Under the pieces are notes generated by a model that was not told the origin of the DNA, ran no database searches, and was given only the letters and a program-made list of their open reading frames with translations. Below are positions 17,738-27,522 of a stretch of 64,000 bases of DNA, piece after piece. Source of the stretch: a virus (taxonomy: Duplodnaviria > Caudoviricetes); IMG/VR virus record IMGVR_UViG_3300034127_000005, positions 1 through 64,000 of that record, one strand, 5' to 3'. The position numbers and the translations under genes are program-made. Position 1 is the first letter of the stretch; every line of letters begins with the position of its first letter.

Positions 17738-18671
17738 CGCGATACTCCCAAAATAGTTCGATTTGAGCCTTACGTTCTTGGTCGGTCATCGCCAAGAAGT
17801 CATCCTTGCGGATGTTATCCTTGATGTAGTCAACAAGATCGTAGTATTCCTCATCGATAGTTGTTTTGAATTGTGGATCGTTGTATAGCAACTCCACTTT
17901 CTTAGCTCCCATGCGCATGAGGAATTTCTTCGTCAGGTAGTGTGGAGTCTTGATCTTCATCACTGTGGTGCCATCCAGCAACCGTACCATAAAACCTTCG
18001 TGCTCCACTTCTCGGGATAGCTTCACAAGATCGCCAAACTTCATCCGCATCCAGTCAGGACGCAGCATGTCAGTGCCCTTAGCGATAGCGTCAAGGTGCT
18101 GCTCAGTGAACATCAGACCAGTTTCGTGGTTACGGCCTCCGATAAGCCAAGCTCCAGCCATTTCATCTACGATATGTGGGTCCGTTGGGTGGCAGATTTC
18201 AAACAACAGAGTGTTTACGTCGGTTGTTAGGTTCTGAACGATAGACCGGATGGACGGCACGTCTAAATATTCCTTAGCCAGTGCAACGTACTCACTATCC
18301 AGTGTTCCTGTTGTAGCAATGATCATCTCCCCTTTGTGGGACGAAACAGAAGCCATGAAGCCGTTCACTTTACGTGGAGCGATCACCATTTCATCTGGAT
18401 TACACTTCGTGCCGTTCTCGTGATGGTTGAACACCTTGGTGAAGGGCCAGATGACCACCTCACCAGTAATGGTGTCGAACACAATGCCACGAGCTTCATT
18501 CAGCAACTTATCTTGGCTCCAAAGGTTATCGTAGAACACTTTCCCTTGGTATTTGATTACACAGAGATTTTGCTCTGGGTAATCTTTCACACGAACCAGC
18601 TTCTGCTCGATCAACGAATCGAAGTCACTCAGTTTGATTGCTGCTTTGTATGGTGCTGGTGAGCAGGACAT
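17715..18671 (-). CDS. RNA ligase (T4 Rnl1-like)
   Basis: EARG, PFTKVFN, motif I KVNG, FE, EGF, KIK. Confidence 0.88.
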   Translation of the reverse strand: MSCSPAPYKAAIKLSDFDSLIEQKLVRVKDYPEQNLCVIKYQGKVFYDNLWSQDKLLNEARGIVFDTITGEVVIWPFTKVFNHHENGTKCNPDEMVIAPRKVNGFMASVSSHKGEMIIATTGTLDSEYVALAKEYLDVPSIRSIVQNLTTDVNTLLFEICHPTDPHIVDEMAGAWLIGGRNHETGLMFTEQHLDAIAKGTDMLRPDWMRMKFGDLVKLSREVEHEGFMVRLLDGTTVMKIKTPHYLTKKFLMRMGAKKVELLYNDPQFKTTIDEEYYDLVDYIKDNIRKDDFLAMTDQERKAQIELFWEYRDAYVISR

Positions 18672-18683
18672 TGTGTTCTCCTA

Positions 18684-19112
18684 TTAGTCAACGATACGAA
18701 CGATGGTGCAGATGCCGTCTTTCTTATCTTGCATTGCCTGAATCATCAGCGAGTGACGACGATCAGACCACTCAGAACCGTGCTTGACCAACAGGTTGAG
18801 CAGGCAGATAGTTAGGCAGATAGTAACAGCGATCCATCCAAGTGTTGCGAATCCCAAGAAAGGTTCAGCAATGTGTACGAGTGGCGCGAAGAAGATCAAA
18901 AGTGGAACTGTGATCATGCTACCCAGAATCAGGGCAGCCAAGATGCCCATACAGCCAAAGAATGCTGTGCATGTGACAGCAGCTACTACAGCATAGATGA
19001 AGGCACGGATGTACGAGCAAGTGGTGTGTTGACCACGCTTACATTTACCAGCGAAAGAGCTGATGAAGGTGTCAGTGAAACGGTAGTGCCACGAGGAAGT
19101 AGAAATTTGCAT
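18684..19112 (-). CDS. membrane protein
   Basis: SWHYR..C.Y then TM helices. Confidence 0.7.
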   Translation of the reverse strand: MQISTSSWHYRFTDTFISSFAGKCKRGQHTTCSYIRAFIYAVVAAVTCTAFFGCMGILAALILGSMITVPLLIFFAPLVHIAEPFLGFATLGWIAVTICLTICLLNLLVKHGSEWSDRRHSLMIQAMQDKKDGICTIVRIVD

Positions 19113-19122
19113 TTGGTTCTCC

Positions 19123-19362
19123 TTAGTTTGTGAGTGAGATAGAGCCAGTTGCCAGATCGAAGCAGTCTACAACATAGTTGCCGTAATCTCCAGTTCTCAG
19201 ATCAACACCAATAAAGGTGTTACCTGCTCGTGGCCCACAGGCCATCACCATACGACCCAGATGGACTTTGCCGTCCGCTCTACTATCCTTCAGCCGATAA
19301 ACTTGGCCCTTTACGATTTCCGGTTCTACGATTGATACCGGGTTATGTTGTAGCTTAGCCAT
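19123..19362 (-). CDS. hypothetical protein (paralogue of the next gene)
   Basis: AAGGAGG RBS; ends GSISLTN. Confidence 0.7.
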   Translation of the reverse strand: MAKLQHNPVSIVEPEIVKGQVYRLKDSRADGKVHLGRMVMACGPRAGNTFIGVDLRTGDYGNYVVDCFDLATGSISLTN

Positions 19363-19372
19363 TGTAGCCTCC

Positions 19373-19606
19373 TTATTGTGTCAAAGTAATCGAGCCTTCA
19401 AACAGCGTAAACTCGCTGCCGATGAAGGAGTTCAAGTGTACACCAGTATCGAGAACAGCGCCAGTAAAATCTCCAGCTTGTTCGCCTTCCAGTGCAGTCA
19501 CCAGAACAACCATCGCTGGTGGCTCGTTGTGAACCATAAGACTACCGATTTCCATTTCCTTTGTCAAGTTCTTTTGTTGATCAATGCTGATAAATGGCTT
19601 TGTCAT
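19373..19606 (-). CDS. hypothetical protein
   Basis: ends GSITLTQ. Confidence 0.7.
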   Translation of the reverse strand: MTKPFISIDQQKNLTKEMEIGSLMVHNEPPAMVVLVTALEGEQAGDFTGAVLDTGVHLNSFIGSEFTLFEGSITLTQ

Positions 19607-19797
19607 TGTACCTCCTTCACATGGATATGGTGCATTTCATAGATACCAGTACGCTCATTGATACGGTTTGTATACCATTCATCATCCCACTCATCACCTT
19701 CAGGTTGACATGCAGCACGTGCTTTATCCATCGAGTCGAAAACACCGACTACATTATCCCAACCAATGTCGAGATTTACAGCTACATAAACTCTCAT
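19603..19797 (-). CDS. hypothetical protein
   Basis: start refined to MRVYVAV. Confidence 0.6.
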   Translation of the reverse strand: MRVYVAVNLDIGWDNVVGVFDSMDKARAACQPEGDEWDDEWYTNRINERTGIYEMHHIHVKEVQ

Positions 19798-20372
19798 GCT
19801 CGTTCTCCTGTGTGGTGATCCATCACAGCGACTTGTTGCTTCGCCATATGTTCGCAGATTTCCTGCCATGTCCAAACCTGATGATCTGGATGGTTATCGA
19901 TGCCTACGTCCAGACGCTTCCCACGTGGGGCCAACGATCCATGGCAGTGACCATGCAGCATCCACGAGCCATGATGCGATCCGTTCCACACTTCCATTGG
20001 ATAGTGGCACAGGATTACAGGCTGTCCTTGTACTTTCAGCTCGTGATAGTCCTTGATCCATTCCATCTGAATAACGCCCGAGTCTTCCAGCAGTTGCCAA
20101 GTACGCTTGTCACAGTGGTTGCCACGGATGAAATGGATGTTACCATTCAGCTCTTTCAGAATCTCAATTAGACGATCCAGTTGCTTTGGATAGATGAACG
20201 CGAAATCACCCAGATGATAAACATCATCAACCAGACCAACACGATCATTCCAACGCTCGATCAACTTCTCAGTGTTTTGTTCCTGAGTCCACGGACGCTC
20301 CGTGTATTTCACAATGTTCTTGTGTTCGAAGTGGAAATCCGAACAGAACAGCGGGGTTTCACTCTTGATCAT
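19794..20372 (-). CDS. calcineurin-like metallophosphoesterase
   Basis: SDFHF.H, LGDF, GNH, CHYP, HGHCH. Confidence 0.92.
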   Translation of the reverse strand: MIKSETPLFCSDFHFEHKNIVKYTERPWTQEQNTEKLIERWNDRVGLVDDVYHLGDFAFIYPKQLDRLIEILKELNGNIHFIRGNHCDKRTWQLLEDSGVIQMEWIKDYHELKVQGQPVILCHYPMEVWNGSHHGSWMLHGHCHGSLAPRGKRLDVGIDNHPDHQVWTWQEICEHMAKQQVAVMDHHTGERA

Positions 20373-20857
20373 TTTGCCTCCTTGTAGTAAACCAACTCCC
20401 CAGCCCACACACCTGCGACCAGAATTGCCAATTGGGTTGGGTATTTATACATACCTTTCTTGCTGAGACTACTGAAGCTCTCATTCAAGTTGAACAAAGT
20501 ATCGCAGATTTTGACGACGTGTGCAAGAGCGTTTTCACAGCAATTGATCATATATGCTTCGTAACTCAGATCATCATTCTTGGTGATTGCTTGAACAGCC
20601 GTTGCGATAGCCAAACCAAACTCGTCAACCAATTCCTTGAATGTGGTGTCAGTGTCCTCTAGCACATCGTGGAGCCACGCTACAGCTACATAGGTAGAGA
20701 GCATAGGGTCATCCTTCATGCGTGCCTCTACGAGCTTCACAACGCCTTCCAGATGGTATCCGTAGGGCTTGTCACCATACTTTTGCTCAGCATGTCGTTC
20801 CAGAGCAAAACGCTTGGCTTTCGAGGTCAGGATACGTGCGGGAGTAAGTTCGATCAT
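20369..20857 (-). CDS. HD-domain hydrolase (SpoT/Mesh1-like small alarmone hydrolase)
   Basis: H..Q.Y...PY..HL, WLHDVLEDT, VKICD..FN. Confidence 0.88.
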   Translation of the reverse strand: MIELTPARILTSKAKRFALERHAEQKYGDKPYGYHLEGVVKLVEARMKDDPMLSTYVAVAWLHDVLEDTDTTFKELVDEFGLAIATAVQAITKNDDLSYEAYMINCCENALAHVVKICDTLFNLNESFSSLSKKGMYKYPTQLAILVAGVWAGELVYYKEAK

Positions 20858-20882
20858 ATGATTCTCCTTTTCTGTAGGGGTG

Positions 20883-20907
20883 AAAAAGCCCGCCTTGTGG
20901 GCGGGCT
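20883..20907 (-). terminator. intrinsic terminator
   Basis: AGCCCGCC-CACAA-GGCGGGCT-TTTT on - strand. Confidence 0.8.
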
Positions 20908-20911
20908 GATA

Positions 20912-21319
20912 TTAAGCTGGCTCTACGAGTTGCAGAATAGCTTTGTTCAGAGGCTTCACCATAACATCTTGTGTCACCAATTGTCCATGCCGATTTACGA
21001 CAAGTTTCACTTCTTCTACCAGCTTGCTTGCTTCAGCAAGCCGGACACCGATTGGTGTGAATCCGCTTTGCAGGGTAATTCCTTCTGGGAAGGTCTGACC
21101 ATAGCTATCAATAGTCCACTGGGAGATTGGCATGTTGTGCAGTCGAACAGCAGTGGCAAAGCTCAGGTAGCGGTTGCCTTGAGCACCACTTGCCTTTGTA
21201 ATGAACCGACCGGACTTACTCTCTTCATCGAGCGTGTAGCCCAAGGTGTACATGTAATTCAGTACAGAACGAACTTGAACTACAGTAGTGTCCAGCATTT
21301 GGAAATCTTCTTTACTCAT
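20912..21319 (-). CDS. hypothetical protein
   Basis: AAGGAGA RBS before MSKEDF. Confidence 0.7.
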   Translation of the reverse strand: MSKEDFQMLDTTVVQVRSVLNYMYTLGYTLDEESKSGRFITKASGAQGNRYLSFATAVRLHNMPISQWTIDSYGQTFPEGITLQSGFTPIGVRLAEASKLVEEVKLVVNRHGQLVTQDVMVKPLNKAILQLVEPA

Positions 21320-21329
21320 TTCTTTCTCC

Positions 21330-22571
21330 TTATTCATTTGGGACGAATTCGCCATTGACAATTTTACCTTCACGGATGTACTCTCCAGTCGGAAACTGCG
21401 GGAGTAGTGTCCCTTTGTACCGGCTTTGAAACTTCACGTTCAGATACTTGCCAATACGCAGATGTTTTTCTTCAAGAGCCTTAGCTCGTTCTGGCATGTC
21501 GCCCATTGTACATGTGAAGGTTAGGTCGTTCAAGTTGTTTTTCAACAAATACACCGATCCGTCATCTTTCGCAGGCAGGACATCTAGAATCTCGAACTCA
21601 GCATCGACAAACTCCTTGTACTTCTGGAGGTCGGCAGAGCGTTTACCGCTCTCATACATACCCATCTTGCTGCGGAGCATTACACCCTCGTAGCCACGTC
21701 GTACAGCATCTTTGTGCAAAACCTTCATTTCTTCTTCTGAGAATGCAATTGGATTCTCCGTCAGGACGATAAAATCACCGAAGAAACGATCACGAGCGTA
21801 GATGTTCAAGTCTGCAAGACGTTGATACCAAGGCTTATCAGATGGCATGTCAAACACGTGCAGTTGAAGCTTTGGACGAATCTCGTGGATCAGTTGAGCT
21901 TCCATTAGTTCAATGTAAGCCTCTTGAATAGCTTCATCACCTACTGCTTTCTCGTACTTACGTTGAGCTTGGTCAATTTTCTTCTGAGTGTCAGTCCGCT
22001 TTACAGCAGACGTAATGTCCTGCAAGACGTAGCCATGCAAGTACAGCTCAGCATCCAGAACATCTCCCGGCTGCATGAACCCCATCAACTCTTCTTTGAT
22101 GTGTGGAACATCATAGAGTTGACCAGTGCGAGACTCAATCGTGACATCCTTAATACCAAGAGCTGGCGTCAAGAAGCACTTAACCAGAGCCCGCACACCG
22201 TCGAATTTATCAGGGACGTGTACCCCTTGTTCGAAATCCATGCGATGACCGATCTTATTGAAATCCCCAGAGAGCATGGCGAGCAATGGAAGTTCTTCCA
22301 AGTCAGCCTTGTCCTCACGGTAGTTCTTGTCCACTTGCTTCTTGATTCGGCCTTCAGCTTCGCTGACAGCTTGTTCGAATGCATTACGACCTTGCTTACC
22401 TTCTGTAAAGATTTCAGTCTTTACAGTCATCTTGCCGCCTTCTTGACCGTGCGAGATAATCATATAGGAACAAGCCTGTAGGTCAAGGGCCGAAACTGAA
22501 TCATCAACCACTTCAATTTGCCAAACCTTGTACTTGCCACCTTTGTCTTTACCGTAAAATGTCTTGTTCAT
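21330..22571 (-). CDS. lig: ATP-dependent DNA ligase
   Basis: KFDGVR, DAELY, VFD, EGVMLR, KRS..LQKYK, PQFP. Confidence 0.95.
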   Translation of the reverse strand: MNKTFYGKDKGGKYKVWQIEVVDDSVSALDLQACSYMIISHGQEGGKMTVKTEIFTEGKQGRNAFEQAVSEAEGRIKKQVDKNYREDKADLEELPLLAMLSGDFNKIGHRMDFEQGVHVPDKFDGVRALVKCFLTPALGIKDVTIESRTGQLYDVPHIKEELMGFMQPGDVLDAELYLHGYVLQDITSAVKRTDTQKKIDQAQRKYEKAVGDEAIQEAYIELMEAQLIHEIRPKLQLHVFDMPSDKPWYQRLADLNIYARDRFFGDFIVLTENPIAFSEEEMKVLHKDAVRRGYEGVMLRSKMGMYESGKRSADLQKYKEFVDAEFEILDVLPAKDDGSVYLLKNNLNDLTFTCTMGDMPERAKALEEKHLRIGKYLNVKFQSRYKGTLLPQFPTGEYIREGKIVNGEFVPNE

Positions 22572-24085
22572 GCCACTTCCTCCTTTGTCATATGTTCACC
22601 ACTACGTTCGATCAATTCACGAACAGTATCGTTATAAACCATGTGCTTACGAGCACGAGTCACAGCAACATACAGCAGATTGCGTTCTTCGTCACGTAGG
22701 CCAACCCACTCACCTTTGTTGTTCCAGTTCGATGGGAAGTCGCTGGCAAGCCAAACGATGTCCCACTCACGACCCTTACTCTTGTGAGCAGTGGTCAGAA
22801 TCATTTCTGGCTTGTCTGTGTTGTGCTGCATACGCAACATACCTAACACTTTGTACACGTCTCCAGCATCAATGATCTGGAAAACACGCCCCAGCTCACC
22901 GCCTGTACCTTGAACCTCTTTGGAAAAGTCGGACCAACTCTCGTATGGCAGCAGTTCTTCATGCTTAACACCTTTCATGTTACCTGTGCGAAGCTCTACA
23001 CCCGATTCCAGAAGCTTTACGAAGTCACTGACGTCAATCTCAAGGTTGATCTTGCGACCCTCCTTGATGAACTCTACAGCGTCCAGTACGAGCATCATAT
23101 TTGTGCGATACAGCAAAGTGTAGCAGGTTTCGATGTCAGCTTGTTCGTGGTAATACTGAACAGTGGATTCGCATTGTTCCCAGCCACGAATGTTCGTCTT
23201 GACTTCACCTTGAGACAGAACAACGTTTGCAAGGTCTGCGATGGCTTGACCAAAGCGGAAACTCTGGCTCAGCTTGCTTTCCACGAATGGAAGCTTGCCC
23301 ATCGCATTGACGCTACCACGCCATTGGTAAATCTGTTGGAACTCATCACCCACAACAACGATCTTCGGCTTGGTCTGACGCATAACAATGTCCAGAACAC
23401 ACTCGTTGGTGTCTTGGCCTTCATCGAGATACAGCACGTCGTACCCGGACAGGTCAGGCTCAGACAGTTGGTACTGCTTGAGGTAAGTGTCGTGAGTAGC
23501 CAGAATGTTGCTGTTCAGGTTGGTGCGAAGAGCCCACAGTTGCTCAGCGTGCTTCTTCACCAGATCAATGTAAACCATCTGCTCAACAACGTCAAGCTTG
23601 CACTTAAGCTTTTTGATAGCGATCCCAGATACATGTTTTGCAGTGATCTTTTTGTCAGCAGAGTATTCGAAAGAATTTACAGTCTCCTTGACAGCAAGAC
23701 CGATACCATTTGCTGTAATTGCATCTCCACCAGTCAAGTAGATACCCTTGATCTGGAAGTAGCGAGCAATCTCACCACCAGTGCCACACACGTTCTGGTA
23801 CGAACCTTGAGGACGCTTCAGTTTGGTTGCAAGCTGACGACCATAGACAGCGTAGGCTAAGGCGTGTGTAGTGCTAACCCTTACCCACTCCGGGAACTTC
23901 TCACGAGCCTCTACAGCCATACTCTTGTTGTACGCAAGGTACAGAGAAGGCAAGCACAGGTCTTGAGCAACCATCGACAGAGTTGTGGTTTTGGAGCAAC
24001 CAGCATAAGCATTGAGCTTTACACGTTGGTTGTTTTTAACCACTTCAATTGCTGTGGTCTGTTCCTGAGTTGGTACAAGTTTCAT
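22568..24085 (-). CDS. SF1 UvrD/Rep-like helicase
   Basis: LDEGQD, VGDEFQQIYQWRG, SFRF, TAHKSKGREW, LYVAVTRA. Confidence 0.92.
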   Translation of the reverse strand: MKLVPTQEQTTAIEVVKNNQRVKLNAYAGCSKTTTLSMVAQDLCLPSLYLAYNKSMAVEAREKFPEWVRVSTTHALAYAVYGRQLATKLKRPQGSYQNVCGTGGEIARYFQIKGIYLTGGDAITANGIGLAVKETVNSFEYSADKKITAKHVSGIAIKKLKCKLDVVEQMVYIDLVKKHAEQLWALRTNLNSNILATHDTYLKQYQLSEPDLSGYDVLYLDEGQDTNECVLDIVMRQTKPKIVVVGDEFQQIYQWRGSVNAMGKLPFVESKLSQSFRFGQAIADLANVVLSQGEVKTNIRGWEQCESTVQYYHEQADIETCYTLLYRTNMMLVLDAVEFIKEGRKINLEIDVSDFVKLLESGVELRTGNMKGVKHEELLPYESWSDFSKEVQGTGGELGRVFQIIDAGDVYKVLGMLRMQHNTDKPEMILTTAHKSKGREWDIVWLASDFPSNWNNKGEWVGLRDEERNLLYVAVTRARKHMVYNDTVRELIERSGEHMTKEEVA

Positions 24086-24121
24086 TCGGTGTCTCCGTTG
24101 TGCGTTTCGATGAGATGAATT

Positions 24122-24343
24122 CTACAGAGCTTCGAATGCGTCGTCAATAGCCTCATAGATTTTATTTTTCAGTGCTTCGGCAGAGGCACACTCAGACACT
24201 TGCAACGGTTCGACGCTCACTTGTCCCAGATATGCGAAGTCCTCCAGCGTTGACATGGTTTCGATAATCTCTTCAGCAGTGCCAGTCTCACACCACAGGT
24301 AGTGATCACCCGATTCAGATATAGCTGAGATTGCAACGATCAA
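24122..24343 (-). CDS. hypothetical protein
   Basis: AAGGAGA RBS, TTG start. Confidence 0.6.
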   Translation of the reverse strand: MIVAISAISESGDHYLWCETGTAEEIIETMSTLEDFAYLGQVSVEPLQVSECASAEALKNKIYEAIDDAFEAL

Positions 24344-24678
24344 AATGGAGTCTCCTTTGTGTGATGTGGGCAGTTGTCCATTGTGATCCGATATGGAGCA
24401 CCCATCAGATCGTGGTTGTCCATCTTAGGGCAGGTGCAGCCAGCACGACGTAGCCAGTGGACGTGGAAGTCACGATCACGCGTGAAGCCCCACAGACCTT
24501 GCATAGTGTGTTCAATGTCTTCGATGAACTGGTTTGCCTCATATTTATCGAGACGTGGGTTGTCCACAATCTCATCCATCAGGCGATGGAGGGCTGTCAG
24601 AGCAGCGTGTTCCACTTCAGTCATCAAGCCGATACGATCTTGTAGGGTCATTTGTACTACACGAGTGGTGTTACTCAT
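24340..24678 (-). CDS. hypothetical protein with CTCPKMDN motif
   Basis: Q.LWGF..D..FH..W...GCTCPKMDN..CP.H. Confidence 0.7.
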   Translation of the reverse strand: MSNTTRVVQMTLQDRIGLMTEVEHAALTALHRLMDEIVDNPRLDKYEANQFIEDIEHTMQGLWGFTRDRDFHVHWLRRAGCTCPKMDNHDLMGAPYRITMDNCPHHTKETPF

Positions 24679-24920
24679 ACCTTTGGTTCCTCCATTTCAA
24701 TTTTATAGCGAATTTCGCCACAAGAAGCCCAGCGGCTGGAGTATAGCTGATAACCTTGAGACTTTGCAATCTCTTTGATTAACTCGCGCTGTTTGTAACG
24801 CTCCATGAAACTAGAGCATACGCCGCAGCTCTCACGCATTGTACACAGACAACCCCCAGTACAAGTGGACTCGTAAATCTTTTGCATTGGATTATCCGGT
24901 TCGTACTCATTCTGGAACAT
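24675..24920 (-). CDS. Cys-rich hypothetical protein
   Basis: GGAGG RBS. Confidence 0.6.
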   Translation of the reverse strand: MFQNEYEPDNPMQKIYESTCTGGCLCTMRESCGVCSSFMERYKQRELIKEIAKSQGYQLYSSRWASCGEIRYKIEMEEPKV

Positions 24921-25311
24921 ACTTTGTTACCTCCACGTTGTATTTCGTTAAGTAATCCAGACCATCTGTGATGCGATAGGTGTCTCTGTACACAACACGC
25001 TTCACTCCGGCACGAACCAATAGCTTTGCACATTCCAAGCAGGGCGAAAGGGTGACGTATAGATGAGCGCCTTTTGTGGATAATCCTTGCTCAAGGCACT
25101 TACCCAATGAATTGAGTTCGGCATGTACAACCTCGGGATTCCCGTTAGGTGAGAATTCCCATTGATTTGGGCCACCACTCGCCATCCCGTTGAATCCACC
25201 CGACACGATTCCCGACGCCAGTACGAGAGCACAGCCCACATGCGTGCGGGGACATTGAGACTCAGCAGCGTAGGCTTCTGCTGTCGCCATGTGCATTTTG
25301 TCATACTTCAC
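24907..25311 (-). CDS. dCMP deaminase
   Basis: HAE..., PCLECAK, GFNG. Confidence 0.92.
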   Translation of the reverse strand: MKYDKMHMATAEAYAAESQCPRTHVGCALVLASGIVSGGFNGMASGGPNQWEFSPNGNPEVVHAELNSLGKCLEQGLSTKGAHLYVTLSPCLECAKLLVRAGVKRVVYRDTYRITDGLDYLTKYNVEVTKYVPE

Positions 25312-25529
25312 GGATAAACCACGATCACAGGTTGAAACTCTTCGCTGTATTCTTCAGCCTCTTCTAGAGAGTCAACAGCGGATTGGAGGTCTTCGCTCAC
25401 GTATGTGAAGTCTGCACCACGAATCATGTCGTAAGAGTTTCCCTCCTGATCGGCTTGACCAATGATGGTAAGGTCGCCGTGCTCCGCGATCAGTGTAGAT
25501 AGTTGTGCAATCAGTTGGCTTGCTTTCAT
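25308..25529 (-). CDS. hypothetical protein
   Basis: start refined to MKASQLI. Confidence 0.65.
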   Translation of the reverse strand: MKASQLIAQLSTLIAEHGDLTIIGQADQEGNSYDMIRGADFTYVSEDLQSAVDSLEEAEEYSEEFQPVIVVYP

Positions 25530-26170
25530 CGTTTTTGCCCCTCTTCTGTGAAATAGGATTTCCATTCGTCTCCGAACAGTTCTTTGCCCTTCTTGTCATA
25601 AGCTAAGGCAGCTTGCAGTGCAGTCAGGAAGCACCCAACATAGAGCTTTACACTCTTATGTCGAATGCGAGCTGTGTATCGATCATTCCCAAACGTGACG
25701 CCCGGATAACCAGTGGCGTTCTTCTGGGATACACGCTTGTTCTGTTGTTGCGTCGAAGCATCCGCCCAACGGCAGTTGTCTTTGTTGTATCCAAGTTTGC
25801 CATCTTTTCGGTCAAGCGTCATGCCTTCTGGCCGCTCCCCCATATCTTCCAAGAAAGCTTCAAAGCTGTCAAGCCATTTCGGGTCAATCGCAACATCTTT
25901 GTAATATTCATAACTCTTGTGGTAGGGCTTACAGCGGTCTTGCATGGTACGCCAAGTGTTATGAGTTGGAGTCCCGTACATTCCATGGGTTCCGCTTGTC
26001 TCTGCCTTGCTCTTACATCCACAGGATTTCTTATCCCCTGCTTTGAGCATAGACGCGATAACCCCAAGTTCTACTCCACACTCACATCTACACAGCCATA
26101 CGACGTTCCTACGAAGCCTTTCCTCGGTCTTGAGTATTACTGTGAGGAATCCAAACTGTTGACCCATCAT
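25526..26170 (-). CDS. HNH endonuclease with C-terminal AP2 domain
   Basis: WLCRCECG, SCGC, DMGERP..MTLDR.D...GY...NCRWA, GYPGV...AALAYD. Confidence 0.9.
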   Translation of the reverse strand: MMGQQFGFLTVILKTEERLRRNVVWLCRCECGVELGVIASMLKAGDKKSCGCKSKAETSGTHGMYGTPTHNTWRTMQDRCKPYHKSYEYYKDVAIDPKWLDSFEAFLEDMGERPEGMTLDRKDGKLGYNKDNCRWADASTQQQNKRVSQKNATGYPGVTFGNDRYTARIRHKSVKLYVGCFLTALQAALAYDKKGKELFGDEWKSYFTEEGQKR

Positions 26171-26436
26171 CTTTTAGTCTGCCTCGTGGCAGTGCCAGTA
26201 CAGGACAGGCCACCAGATTCTAGTTTGGATTTAGTTGCTTGCAGCTTCGAAGCCTTTACAGTGTAACGACCTTTGCCATATTCCTCATCAACCCAGTCCT
26301 GTGCCACTTGTCGCTTAGCGGTATGAATAAAAATGTAATCACCCATTGCATTTTGAATAAAAAATGTGGCTGGTGGGACGAATGCGAGAGAAGAAAACTC
26401 TGTGAAATCGACTACAGTAATCTTCTGCTTGCTCAT
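26167..26436 (-). CDS. hypothetical protein
   Basis: ORF in coupled operon. Confidence 0.7.
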   Translation of the reverse strand: MSKQKITVVDFTEFSSLAFVPPATFFIQNAMGDYIFIHTAKRQVAQDWVDEEYGKGRYTVKASKLQATKSKLESGGLSCTGTATRQTKR

Positions 26437-26612
26437 ACATTGAACTCCATGTCTGGGATTGTCTGGTTTGTAGCACCAACAACGTACTCAATCAACTTGA
26501 TCTTCCCTTCAAGAGTCGGGACGTTCCCGCTTTTCAAGATTCGCTCGATGGTCAGCATTGCAATCTGGTTCATCTGATTCTGAATCACTTCTTTGTATTC
26601 TGCGTTGGTCAT
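26433..26612 (-). CDS. 59-aa hypothetical protein
   Basis: manual ORF MTNAEYKEVIQ...; AGGAGG RBS; TTGACC-17-TAAGAT promoter at 26639-26668. Confidence 0.6.
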   Translation of the reverse strand: MTNAEYKEVIQNQMNQIAMLTIERILKSGNVPTLEGKIKLIEYVVGATNQTIPDMEFNV

Positions 26613-26675
26613 GCTATTCCTCCTAATACTGGACGTTCATCTTACGGGAAAGCTGTGGGGCGGTCAAGCCCCTTA

Positions 26676-27464
26676 TCACTTGTGAGTCTTGTAGACGTAA
26701 GCTGGTAGGTTCTCACGCAGGTAGGTCATACCTTTATTGGTGATACGCATCTGAGTGTACACACCTTCAGTCCCTTGCTTAAGGCCGGTGGTCAGCTTCA
26801 GCAACCCACGATTCTCAGAGGTTGCGTATGGAACCAAGCTACGTGCGATATTACGGTATGCCAGCTTCTGATCGACCAGCCAGTGACCCAGCTCACGCTC
26901 GTTGCACTGGAGCACTTTGGATGCAGCACGGATACCAAGGGAGCCAGCGTCTTCAATGTACTTCTCGACGTACTCAACCTTTGGAGCTTGTTCGATCAGC
27001 AGTGCTTCCTTCTGCTCTACAACCAGAGCAAGCTGTTCGCTACGCTCGTACTCAAGAGCCCATGCACGTGCAGCTTCTGCTGGGTTGCTGAAGTTTGGCA
27101 GGGCTTGAACAGCTTGCGAAGCAACAACCTCTTCCAATGCAGTCATCCGGTCATACACAGCAGCAGAGATTGCTGGGCTGTAGGACATCGCCATCAATGT
27201 GGCTTCACGTTTCGGGAAGGCGTACATAGGCGCTTCACGTTTTGCGTTGTTTACCTCGTAAAAAGCGGTGGCTGAAAATTTAGCCGCCGCTTCTTCACCC
27301 AATGTTGCCACTACTTTAGCCAAGAAATTCTTATGGCTTAGCACCTTTTGAGTTTTACCTGTCAGAGCCTCGATAGCCTCACGTTCCTTGTTGATCATGT
27401 CAACGATTTCCAACGAGGTCATGGTGTTCTGCGAAACCTGAGTGTTCTGAGTAACTGCGTTCAT
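26676..27464 (-). CDS. Rha-like/KilA-C (ANT) antirepressor-family DNA-binding protein
   Basis: MTSLEI, FPKREATLMAMSYS, LPNFSNPAEAARAWA, APKVEY, IT.KG. Confidence 0.88.
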   Translation of the reverse strand: MNAVTQNTQVSQNTMTSLEIVDMINKEREAIEALTGKTQKVLSHKNFLAKVVATLGEEAAAKFSATAFYEVNNAKREAPMYAFPKREATLMAMSYSPAISAAVYDRMTALEEVVASQAVQALPNFSNPAEAARAWALEYERSEQLALVVEQKEALLIEQAPKVEYVEKYIEDAGSLGIRAASKVLQCNERELGHWLVDQKLAYRNIARSLVPYATSENRGLLKLTTGLKQGTEGVYTQMRITNKGMTYLRENLPAYVYKTHK

Positions 27465-27522
27465 CTATCTCTCCTTTATATAGTCGTAAAAATAGGCGGT
27501 TAACCGCCTGATGGGATGAAGC

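Noticed and set aside
25526-26170. Intron-encoded status for the HNH genes (also 2334-2789)
   Set aside because: Both are free-standing with ATGA coupling; no split host gene or group I core seen.
26676-27464. Antirepressor as evidence of a temperate lifestyle
   Set aside because: No integrase or repressor in the window; such domains occur in lytic phages.
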